64,000 nt of DNA from a virus (lineage: Duplodnaviria > Caudoviricetes): the IMG/VR virus record IMGVR_UViG_3300020148_000032, one strand, 5' to 3'. A program made the position numbers and the translations under genes. Every line of letters begins with the position of its first letter. Position 1 is the stretch's first letter. Below are positions 30,615-38,935 of the stretch, in pieces. The notes below the pieces were generated by a model. That model saw nothing but the letters and a program-made list of their open reading frames with translations. It was not told the origin of the DNA and ran no database searches.

Positions 30615-31406
30615 TTAAGAGGTTGACCTGAGATTTTCAGAATATTTTTGGTAAATTTCTTTACCTATTTTGAAGGATTCTGAGGATGCTTTCTCCATAG
30701 TTTTCATGATTTTTTGAGCCCATGGGTGATCAGGTTCGGCTTGCAAGAACTTTAAGACTTCCATTCCTACGAGAGGTTGGAAGTAAACTGCATATATCGC
30801 ATCTTCGTCCCAATGATAAAGGTTCCCATTAACTGCAGCATCAGGGTGGTCAGAATTTTTCTTGAATTGTAAAGAAATACAACTTTTGAGAAACAAATAT
30901 TCGCGGCGGACCTTTTTGAAAGGGTTTTTCTCCTCATTTTCTCTTTTAGAGTTACCGAAAGTTTTTCGTGAGTGAGAATATAGTGATATACCCTTCTTAG
31001 TCTTTTTAGCGAAAGAGTAATGTTTTCTTTCTTTATAGCGAATGTGTTCTAGATCCTCTATAATCGGATCATATGGTAGAGGTTCGTGATTAGAGCCAAA
31101 TTTACATGCATTAAATTCAGCATCGTCAAGTATATTTTGCTGTTTCTTAGTGTAAGAATTAAGGTATTTTTGGTTAAAGTGTTCTGGAAGATAAGTTTCT
31201 TCTTTAAGTAGCTTTTTAGAAACTTTGTCCCCTGCTTCTATGTGCTCTTTTAAGTGGACGACTAAGTCAGTAGCATTGAAGAATGGTTGATCTTTAAACT
31301 TGTGTAGTTTGCATCCATCGCATTTAATATAACCACGGTAGTCAGAAATAATGGTAAGGGCTTCGTCTTTGTTAGTGTAGCGGTGTTGATTTTTTAACCA
31401 ATCCAT
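30615..31406 (-). CDS. Hypothetical protein with N-terminal C2H2-like motif
   Basis: CDGC...HLKEH; RBS present. Confidence 0.7.
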   Translation of the reverse strand: MDWLKNQHRYTNKDEALTIISDYRGYIKCDGCKLHKFKDQPFFNATDLVVHLKEHIEAGDKVSKKLLKEETYLPEHFNQKYLNSYTKKQQNILDDAEFNACKFGSNHEPLPYDPIIEDLEHIRYKERKHYSFAKKTKKGISLYSHSRKTFGNSKRENEEKNPFKKVRREYLFLKSCISLQFKKNSDHPDAAVNGNLYHWDEDAIYAVYFQPLVGMEVLKFLQAEPDHPWAQKIMKTMEKASSESFKIGKEIYQKYSENLRSTS

Positions 31407-31407
31407 T

Positions 31408-32010
31408 ATGGAACTCCCTTACTTGCTATTCATACTTTCATTTTTTCACTATTATTTTATCAAGTTTTTAACGTCATACATTGGTATAATAGTAATAAAT
31501 GCGGAGGTTAATATGAATGTTTTTCTTGTTGGAAATTCACAAAAAGACCTCGAGTGGGCTAAATCCTTTATTAAAGAACACGATGGAGTTCTTATTGAAC
31601 GGGATAAAGTTTACTCTAATTTGTTTAAATCTGAACCAACAAGTGGGGATATTATACAGAATGAATTAATTTTTGACGAGATTCTTTATTCTATCTTTGA
31701 TCTCATGCAAATTAAAGTGGAAACAATTGTTGTTTCTATTTCGCATTTATCTGATGCTTTCTATACTTTTCTTATCATGATGAGACAAGCTCTTGATGAT
31801 TTCCCTATTAATTCTCTTGTTAAAATCCTTTCTGATGGAGAATCTAAGGACGACTTTACTGACCTTGGTGATGATCTTGTTAAGGTGTATGGATTGCAAA
31901 TGGGTTATGGAGAAGTCATCGGAGACGTTCCAATTGAAATGAATTTATTTCTTCAAAGTATAGTTATTGATTTTTATCCCACGTCTTTAAAAGATGTAAA
32001 GTTTTCATAG
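31408..32010 (+). CDS. Hypothetical protein (true start probably MNVFL at about 31513)
   Basis: GGAGG RBS before the internal ATG; directly upstream of rarA. Confidence 0.6.
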   Translation: MELPYLLFILSFFHYYFIKFLTSYIGIIVINAEVNMNVFLVGNSQKDLEWAKSFIKEHDGVLIERDKVYSNLFKSEPTSGDIIQNELIFDEILYSIFDLMQIKVETIVVSISHLSDAFYTFLIMMRQALDDFPINSLVKILSDGESKDDFTDLGDDLVKVYGLQMGYGEVIGDVPIEMNLFLQSIVIDFYPTSLKDVKFS

Positions 32011-32027
32011 AAAGAAAGTAGTGAATA

Positions 32028-33449
32028 ATGAGTTTATTTCCTGATTTAGAATCTGATAGAGTCGGCGTTCCAAAGTTTAACGCTAAAGCTCCGCTTGCCG
32101 CTAGAATGCGCCCGCAAACTGTTCAAGACTTTTTTGGACAGTCGCAAATCCTTGTCAAGGGTTCACCTGTGGAAAGGTTCTTAAATCCAGAAACTGCTGA
32201 TAGTTCTCTTGTTCCACCTAGTCTTATCCTTTGGGGACCTCCCGGAACAGGTAAAACTACACTTGCTTACCTTATAGCTAAAGAGTCTAACAAGAGGTTC
32301 CTTGAATTATCAGCGGTAAGTGACGGTATTCAAGAGGTAAAATTCGCTGTTAATGACGCTAAGGGCCGTCAGGAAGACGGTAGAGAGACAATCCTTTTTA
32401 TTGATGAGATTCATCGTTTTAGTAAGAATCAACAGGATAGTCTTTTACCTGCTGTTGAAAATAAGTCTGTTACTCTTATTATGGCAACTACGGAGAACCC
32501 AAGTTTTTCTATTGTAGCTCCGTTATTATCACGCTCTTTAATGGTGACTTTACATCCTTTATCTGAGGATAATATTAGGTCTATTATTAAAAATGCGCTT
32601 CTTGATGAACGGGGTTTGAACGGTAAATATACTCTTACTGATGAGGCTTTAGAGATTCTGGCGCGTATTAGTAGTGGTGATGCTCGTAAAGCATTGACTA
32701 TTCTTGAGGCTGCCGCTGGTGTTTCTCATAGTTTTAAGAAGAATGTAATTGATAAAGAAGGGCTAGAACTTGCGGCTCAACAGGCTTTAGTGCGTTGGGA
32801 TAATGATCAGCATTATGATGTAACGAGCGCTTTTATTAAATCTATGAGAGGTAGCGACCCTCACGCTACACTTCATTATCTTGCTAGAATGATTGAAGCA
32901 GGAGAAGATCCACGTTTTATTGCTCGTAGAATTATGATTGCTGCTAGTGAAGATGTAGGTCTTGCTGACTCAAGTGTTTTGCAAACAACAGTGGCTGCTG
33001 CTCAAGCTGTCGCTCTTATTGGTTTTCCAGAAGCAAGGATTATTCTTTCACAGGCTGCTCTTTCGGTAGCTAATGCTCCTAAATCTAATTCGGCACTTGT
33101 GGGTATTGATAAGGCTTTGGAAGATGTAAGAATGGGTATTACTGGCCCGGTCCCTTCGCATTTGAGAGACGCTCATTATTATGGAGCTAAAGCTCTTGGT
33201 AATGGTGTGAAGTATAAATATCCGCATTCTTTCGCTGGGGGTTTTGTCGAGCAACAGTATTTACCTGACGAGTTAGTTGGCAAAGAATATTACATTTCAA
33301 AGAACCCTAATGAAATTTCAATGGGTAATGTTGGAGTAATTCAAGGTACTGTTAGTGAAAATACAGTAAAATCTTCTTCAAAGTCTAGTGAAGATTTCTT
33401 TATTGATGATTCTCCACGAAACGCTCCTCATTCTGACGATATTTTCTAA
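32028..33449 (+). CDS. rarA: Replication-associated recombination protein A (MgsA/RarA)
   Basis: PLAARMRP, WGPPGTGKTT, FIDEIHRF, ATTENP, SAFIKSMRGSD, ASEDVG, PKSNS, VP.HLRDAHY. Confidence 0.96.
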   Translation: MSLFPDLESDRVGVPKFNAKAPLAARMRPQTVQDFFGQSQILVKGSPVERFLNPETADSSLVPPSLILWGPPGTGKTTLAYLIAKESNKRFLELSAVSDGIQEVKFAVNDAKGRQEDGRETILFIDEIHRFSKNQQDSLLPAVENKSVTLIMATTENPSFSIVAPLLSRSLMVTLHPLSEDNIRSIIKNALLDERGLNGKYTLTDEALEILARISSGDARKALTILEAAAGVSHSFKKNVIDKEGLELAAQQALVRWDNDQHYDVTSAFIKSMRGSDPHATLHYLARMIEAGEDPRFIARRIMIAASEDVGLADSSVLQTTVAAAQAVALIGFPEARIILSQAALSVANAPKSNSALVGIDKALEDVRMGITGPVPSHLRDAHYYGAKALGNGVKYKYPHSFAGGFVEQQYLPDELVGKEYYISKNPNEISMGNVGVIQGTVSENTVKSSSKSSEDFFIDDSPRNAPHSDDIF

Positions 33450-33628
33450 TTTTTGACGAGTGGAGTCTGTTAGTTTCTCGATTTTAGAATTAAGATCTGC
33501 AATATTTTTCAAATTTTTTCAATATTTTCTGTGATTTTGGGAATTATTTGATAACTTTATCGTTATAATTACTGAGTGTAATATTAGTTATTACACTTAA
33601 CATCTACTTTTAAGAAGGAGAGGTAAAC

Positions 33629-34033
33629 ATGTTTAACAGAACACTTGTTACTGTTCCGGAGGCATTTTTCTCAAAGATTAATGACCTTGGTGATTTCTTT
33701 AGTGAGTTTAAAGACTCTTATAAAGATTTGGCTGATTTTAAGCGTGATGTTGCTGAAGATGGAACTATTACGTTATCGATAGAGGTTCCAGGGTTTTCGG
33801 CCAAAGATGTAAAAGCTGATTATTCTTCTAAAGATAAGAAACTTTCTATTGTTGCTGAGAAGGAAGAAGCCGGAAGTTTCTCTAGAAAAGTCGTAGCGTT
33901 TTCTATTAATATTAGTCAACCTGAGAAGGTCACAGTCAAAGTAGAAAATGGGATGGCTGTTGTAGTTGTTCCTGCTGTCGCTTTAAAGAGCGATGAGGAA
34001 GATGCGAGCGTCGTTTCAATCCCAGTTGAATAA
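33629..34033 (+). CDS. Small heat-shock protein (Hsp20/alpha-crystallin)
   Basis: EVPGF...DVK...L.I.AE...ENG...V..P pattern; strong RBS. Confidence 0.75.
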   Translation: MFNRTLVTVPEAFFSKINDLGDFFSEFKDSYKDLADFKRDVAEDGTITLSIEVPGFSAKDVKADYSSKDKKLSIVAEKEEAGSFSRKVVAFSINISQPEKVTVKVENGMAVVVVPAVALKSDEEDASVVSIPVE

Positions 34034-34050
34034 CACTTTCTAGAGTAAAG

Positions 34051-34090
34051 CAAAACCCCCAAGGTAGGATTATTGCCTTGGGGGTTTTGT
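34051..34090. terminator. Bidirectional intrinsic terminator
   Basis: CAAAACCCCCAAGG...CCTTGGGGGTTTTG between convergent genes. Confidence 0.85.
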
Positions 34091-34104
34091 GTGAGAGATA
34101 ATAA

Positions 34105-34623
34105 TTATGGGAGCTCCATAAATTCATCATTAATTGAATCATAAATATAAACCCAACCTTCAGACTTAATTTGTTCTATTACTTTCGTTGGCTCTTCTAA
34201 TTCATCTTTAAAAAAAGATGTCTCGTAAAAATCTGTAAGAATATTTTCGGGAGTAGGAATTTCTTTAGTAACAACAATATAACCTCTTTCAGAAACAATT
34301 TCAGTTACTAGAATAAAAGCAAGAAAATCAACAAAGAGAACAAAACTTTCTCTCTTTGGGCTATCTGAATGACTTCGTCGAGTTATCTCTTGAGAAATGT
34401 AGGGGAGAGTTCTTGCGTAATCTTTAAAGAGTTGCGTTTCTTTACTATTGTGAATGTGGATATCTTCATAATCTTTAGTTTTATCTTCATTGTCAAGGTT
34501 CTGGTAAAGAGTAAAAAGCTTTTCATTTCCTTTGTATATTTCAACTGTCGCTTGTCTTGTTTTCTGATCAGCTGTAAGTTTTCGTGCGGAGTATTCTCCA
34601 GCGATTTCCCTTAATTTTTTCAT
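34105..34623 (-). CDS. Hypothetical protein
   Basis: 172-aa ORF with GGAG RBS and TGGTAAAAT extended -10. Confidence 0.7.
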   Translation of the reverse strand: MKKLREIAGEYSARKLTADQKTRQATVEIYKGNEKLFTLYQNLDNEDKTKDYEDIHIHNSKETQLFKDYARTLPYISQEITRRSHSDSPKRESFVLFVDFLAFILVTEIVSERGYIVVTKEIPTPENILTDFYETSFFKDELEEPTKVIEQIKSEGWVYIYDSINDEFMELP

Positions 34624-34764
34624 ATGGAATCTCCATTCGTTGTAAACATTTTACCATTTTAAGCAGCTTAGTTTAAATAGTCTCTATCTTTTAATGAGAG
34701 ATGATGAGTTCCACAGTTTTTGATGTTTTTTATCAAAAATCGATATTTAACAGCTTTTTATCAG

Positions 34765-34792
34765 CTATAGTAACGCTATAGCGTTACTATAG
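34765..34792. repeat. Perfect 28-bp palindrome CTATAGTAACGCTATAGCGTTACTATAG
   Basis: Self-complementary; three CTATAG hexamers at 11-bp spacing; related copy at 1672-1698. Confidence 0.9.
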
Positions 34793-34865
34793 AGCATGTC
34801 TAGTAGATGAAAAGTGAGTTACTGTTTAGATAAGTTTTTAAACCTCCCTACATAAGGATTTAATA

Positions 34866-35002
34866 ATGGCTAGAAAATTCACATTAATAATGAATCTTAT
34901 TTAGATCATGTCAAATCAGTTCGATCTAAAGCTATAGAAGATGTAGGTCCCACAAGAATTATTAAAAAATTTGTTGAAGATTTTAAAGAAAACGGAGAGT
35001 AA
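34866..35002 (+). pseudogene. Probable decayed HCCH-module gene
   Basis: Restoring one base gives MARKFHINNE...; RBS and TAGATAA box upstream; Cys residues absent. Confidence 0.4.
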
Positions 35003-35076
35003 AAGCCTCTTACTAAGACTCAATCGAGATATGTGCCTGAACGGAAATTGCCTGTTAGACTGCAGTCTCTTGTTAG

Positions 35077-35583
35077 TTAGAAGTTCTTTTTGTATGTTTT
35101 CATCTGATGAATGTCAATAATAACAACAGGTAACCCCTTTTTAAGAATTTTCTGTACTGCGCTGTATGTTCCTCCGAAGGTTTTTTCAGAATCCCACACG
35201 GCTACAGCTAGATCAGAATCTTTAATCATTGCGTCATTTCTTGCGTGCAAATTTCTTACAGAAAAATGATCTGCTACTACTATTTCTCTACTAGCAAGAG
35301 AACGTATTCTCTTCCACTCGTCTACATTTTCTTGAGGCCACTTATTAATTTGCGCTTCAAAAGGTATATATGCTGCAATAGGAACACCCAACTCTAAATT
35401 AATTTGAGCCCACCACGTATCAACTCCTAAAGCCATTCCAGTAATCGCTTCTTGCATACCATAATCATTTTTTAATTTAGAAGCAATTCTTCGCATTTCT
35501 TCAAGAGCGAAAGACTTAGTTTTTGAAGTAAAAACATTAGGTCTGTGACCTGTTACCATTACTGAGTGTAGTTTATTATTCAT
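35077..35583 (-). CDS. SLOG/YspA (DUF1273-like) protein
   Basis: VTGHRP, TGMALGVD, PF..Q..KW, RNDAM, AVWD...GGT; probable start MNNKL at 35583. Confidence 0.85.
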   Translation of the reverse strand: MNNKLHSVMVTGHRPNVFTSKTKSFALEEMRRIASKLKNDYGMQEAITGMALGVDTWWAQINLELGVPIAAYIPFEAQINKWPQENVDEWKRIRSLASREIVVADHFSVRNLHARNDAMIKDSDLAVAVWDSEKTFGGTYSAVQKILKKGLPVVIIDIHQMKTYKKNF

Positions 35584-35621
35584 AAGTAACATTTTATCAA
35601 GAGTAGTTAGATAAATAGTTA

Positions 35622-36124
35622 TGAACATAGGAGAACAATATGCCAAAATTTCATATTAATAATAGCGGGAACGTAGGTATCTGTGAAGCACTACAAGGCA
35701 ATTGCCCTTTTGGCGGCCCAGAAGATCATTATGATTCTATAGTTTCAGCAGCCCGTGCTTTTGAAAAAGAGATGGAAAACCAAGCCTTCTCTCAAATGTC
35801 AAATACACAAAAGAATGATCTCTATTCCATTGCTATGGACGGGGATGAGGCTTATCACACGGGGCAATCCGTCCACAGCAATCCCCACCCTGAGGGCTCT
35901 CCGGAGTACGAGGTTTGGCTAGACGCTTTCAATAACCCCTCGGATCGTTAAATAGACGAAGAGAACATGCCCTACTACGAGTCAACGGATGAGAATTTAG
36001 CTGAGCAAGAGGCTGAACATAGGAGAACAATATGCCAAAATTTCATATTAACAATAGCGGGACAGTAGGTGTCTGTCAAGCACTACAAGGCAATTGCCCT
36101 TTTGGTGGCGAGGCAGATCATTAT
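35622..36124 (+). repeat. 111-bp direct repeat (35622-35732 and 36014-36124) covering RBS plus HCCH module
   Basis: Hand alignment gives 10 mismatches in 111 nt; identity stops after the final His-Tyr codons. Confidence 0.9.
35640..35951 (+). CDS. HCCH-module protein with ribosome-modulation-factor-like C-terminal motif
   Basis: MPKFH..C..C..HY; G.EAY..G.....NPH......W..AF. Confidence 0.7.
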   Translation: MPKFHINNSGNVGICEALQGNCPFGGPEDHYDSIVSAARAFEKEMENQAFSQMSNTQKNDLYSIAMDGDEAYHTGQSVHSNPHPEGSPEYEVWLDAFNNPSDR

Positions 36125-36463
36125 CCAACAGCCGCTAAAGCAAGAGTAGCTTATGAACAAAATAAAAACAATAAATCTATACCCGCTGTACTAAAATCGT
36201 CAATTATTACTGATAAACCAATAACTGAAGATGACTATATGCAGATTTCCGATACTTTTTATGATCTTTCTGAAAAATACGCAATGATTAAAGATAATCC
36301 TGCAGGTGAATCAGTGCGAGAAATTTTTGATGAGATTATCACAACTTCTAATCGTTATCGTAAAAATGAAATAGATATGTATATTCAGATGGAGTCAAAG
36401 ACTGGAGAGCCTCGAGTAGCAAAACTACTTAGAGATTATCTTGACTATATAAAGACTTTATAG
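36032..36463 (+). CDS. HCCH-module protein, unknown helical cargo
   Basis: Module nearly identical to 35640; unrelated C-terminus. Confidence 0.75.
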   Translation: MPKFHINNSGTVGVCQALQGNCPFGGEADHYPTAAKARVAYEQNKNNKSIPAVLKSSIITDKPITEDDYMQISDTFYDLSEKYAMIKDNPAGESVREIFDEIITTSNRYRKNEIDMYIQMESKTGEPRVAKLLRDYLDYIKTL

Positions 36464-36470
36464 GTGTAAA

Positions 36471-36518
36471 ATAAAAGGTCGTATATTGATAAATATAATT
36501 CAATATACGACCTTTTAT
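36471..36518. terminator. Bidirectional intrinsic terminator
   Basis: ATAAAAGGTCGTATATTGA...TCAATATACGACCTTTTAT between convergent genes. Confidence 0.8.
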
Positions 36519-36539
36519 AATAAGAGAAGCGCCCTATTG

Positions 36540-38804
36540 TTAACTATTAAAAGTTGACGAGAAATCTTCTGGGCTCATGAACTTTAGCCCAAGTTTCTTA
36601 GCGACCACTGTCTTTGAAGAAGTTGAACTTTCATCTCCAATAATATAAGAAGTATCTTTCTTTGGCGAACTGTGGAAAATTCCTCCGTTACTCTCAATAT
36701 AATCTACCCATGCATTACGATTAGAGAAACCGGGCGGTACACTACCACTAATAGCAAAAGACAATCCGTTAAGAGATGTTTTGGAGCTCCCTTCAGAACT
36801 ATCGTCTGTTGATTGTGAAGCTTGTGGAACTGTAAATTCTACTCCATGATCACGAAGTTTCTGAATGAGTGCTGACCTCATTCTCAACCCATCGTAGATT
36901 TTCTTTGCTTTTATATCTCCAAGCCCATCAAGTACTGCTATTTCACTTTCTTTCGCGTTAAGAATTCCATCAATATCTCCAAAGCGCTTGACAAGCGCTT
37001 TGGCAGTAGACGGACCTAGAAGGTCAATATTAAGCGATGGAAGTACTTTAGTAAGTGGTCTTTTCTTTGATAGTTCTAAATGTTCAAGTATATGTTCAGC
37101 GATTTTTTCTCCTAAACGTCGTGGGTTGCCTTGATTAGAGTAACCATAAACACTATTACTTAATTCCTCTTTAGTAAGAGTATAAAGGTCAGATATATCA
37201 TTAACCCTGCCTATTTCATTAAAGTGATTAAGTGTAACTTCAGAAAGTTTATCAATGTCTAAGAAGTTCTTACCAACGGCAGTTTTTAATGCAAAGTAAT
37301 CTCTTGATGGACAATTAGGGTTATTACAATTAAGGGTTTTCGGTGGCCATACTCCAGCTTCTTCTCTTTTAGCTGAAAGCTTACCTTTGCACGATGGGCA
37401 CTCGTTAGGAATTTGTATTTTTTCTGTACCTTCTGGATTTGAAAGTACAGCAACTACTTGAGGAATAATGTCATTAGCTTTTTCAATAAGAACAATGCTT
37501 CCTACTCGAATATCTTTTTGATGAATAAGATTAAAATTATGTAATGAAGCATTGCTAATCTCTGACCCGGCAAGGTTCACTGGTTCAACTTTAGCAACTG
37601 GAGTTACTCTACCTGATTTACCTACTGTAAGATTAATTCCTATAACTGTAGTTTTTGCTTTCTCTGCAGGGTACTTCCATGCTATTTGAGAGACTGGGTG
37701 GTGAGAAGTGACCCCACTTTTCTCGTACATTTCACCTTCATTTGATGGTTTAATGACAACACCATCAGTAGGGATAGAGAAACCAGGTCTGACTTTTCCA
37801 AATTCATTAATCGCATCCATTACTTCTTTATTTGTTGAAAGGTTCGTAATAGTAAAAGATAATTGAGTTTCAGTAAGGTCATCTACACTAAGGAATCCAT
37901 CATTTGGGCTTAGGTCCTTGAGGTTCTTCATCACTCCGTTTTTAAGAGTTGAATATGTAGAGAATGTGAACTCTACTGGGTAACCTATTCCTAGTTTGGC
38001 TTTTTTGAGAAGCCCGGTTGCAGAATTTCTTGAATTTTTAAAGTGCTCTCCAGTGAGTTTAAATCTTTCATCGTCTGCTTTTTTAAATTGATCATTAGTG
38101 AAGAATAGCTCTCCTCTTACTTCTACTTTTTCTTTTTCCTCTATATAGAGAGGAAGTCCTTGTACTTTTACTGATGGGTCCTTAATGAGATAAGTTACAT
38201 CCTCACCTACAGATCCGTCACCTCTTGTGGCAATACGACTAATTTTACCTTCTTTATAGTAAACAGATATCGCTAGACCGTCAAGTTTCGCTTGTAATCT
38301 AAAACTTGTGGCTCCGTCTTTTCTAGTCTTATCAAGAAAAGACATTAAATCTTCCTCTTTTTTAGCTTTATTGAGGGAAAGCATTGGTACTTCGTGATGA
38401 ACAATTTCATCACTGTTAGTTTGTGTACCTAGTGATACGTCACCGTCGAGTAATTTGTACCCGTCTGTCCCTTCTGTAAACAAATGTTGATACTGACCAG
38501 AATCTGAAAGAGAGTGAAGATACGCTTGTTTAGCGTCAAATTCTTCATCACTTAGTTCTGATTCCCCAGAACCTTGATAATATTCTTGTGATGCATCTAA
38601 TAACTCTTTAATGAGATTCTTTACGTCTGATTCTGGTATTTTCTTTTCAACAGTCATTGGTAGAGAGAAACTTTCTTCATAGAATGAGCGAGCTTTTTCA
38701 ATCGTATCAAAATGTTCATCATCAGATCCAAAGGGACATACCCCTGTTGTTACTTTACATAAACCTGATTCTCCAGTTTGAGTATTAACATGATATTTCG
38801 GCAT
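36540..38804 (-). CDS. ligA: NAD-dependent DNA ligase with an extra N-terminal HCCH module
   Basis: PMLSL, KLDG, TRGDG, EVRGE, DGVVIK, WKYP, OB-fold, Cys Zn finger, HhH, BRCT. Confidence 0.95.
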   Translation of the reverse strand: MPKYHVNTQTGESGLCKVTTGVCPFGSDDEHFDTIEKARSFYEESFSLPMTVEKKIPESDVKNLIKELLDASQEYYQGSGESELSDEEFDAKQAYLHSLSDSGQYQHLFTEGTDGYKLLDGDVSLGTQTNSDEIVHHEVPMLSLNKAKKEEDLMSFLDKTRKDGATSFRLQAKLDGLAISVYYKEGKISRIATRGDGSVGEDVTYLIKDPSVKVQGLPLYIEEKEKVEVRGELFFTNDQFKKADDERFKLTGEHFKNSRNSATGLLKKAKLGIGYPVEFTFSTYSTLKNGVMKNLKDLSPNDGFLSVDDLTETQLSFTITNLSTNKEVMDAINEFGKVRPGFSIPTDGVVIKPSNEGEMYEKSGVTSHHPVSQIAWKYPAEKAKTTVIGINLTVGKSGRVTPVAKVEPVNLAGSEISNASLHNFNLIHQKDIRVGSIVLIEKANDIIPQVVAVLSNPEGTEKIQIPNECPSCKGKLSAKREEAGVWPPKTLNCNNPNCPSRDYFALKTAVGKNFLDIDKLSEVTLNHFNEIGRVNDISDLYTLTKEELSNSVYGYSNQGNPRRLGEKIAEHILEHLELSKKRPLTKVLPSLNIDLLGPSTAKALVKRFGDIDGILNAKESEIAVLDGLGDIKAKKIYDGLRMRSALIQKLRDHGVEFTVPQASQSTDDSSEGSSKTSLNGLSFAISGSVPPGFSNRNAWVDYIESNGGIFHSSPKKDTSYIIGDESSTSSKTVVAKKLGLKFMSPEDFSSTFNS

Positions 38805-38857
38805 TAAAAAGCTCCTTAAACGTATTCATATTATACTAATCTTTCTATATAAAACTC

Positions 38858-38901
38858 GAAAAGCACGGACTCCCCCTACCACCGGTTCGTCCGTGCTTTT
38901 C
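38858..38901 (-). terminator. Intrinsic terminator after the pilus/transfer gene run
   Basis: GAAAAGCACGGAC...GTCCGTGCTTTTC hairpin. Confidence 0.75.
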
Positions 38902-38935
38902 TTTATTTTTTCTCAAAAGAGAAATTTTATATTAA

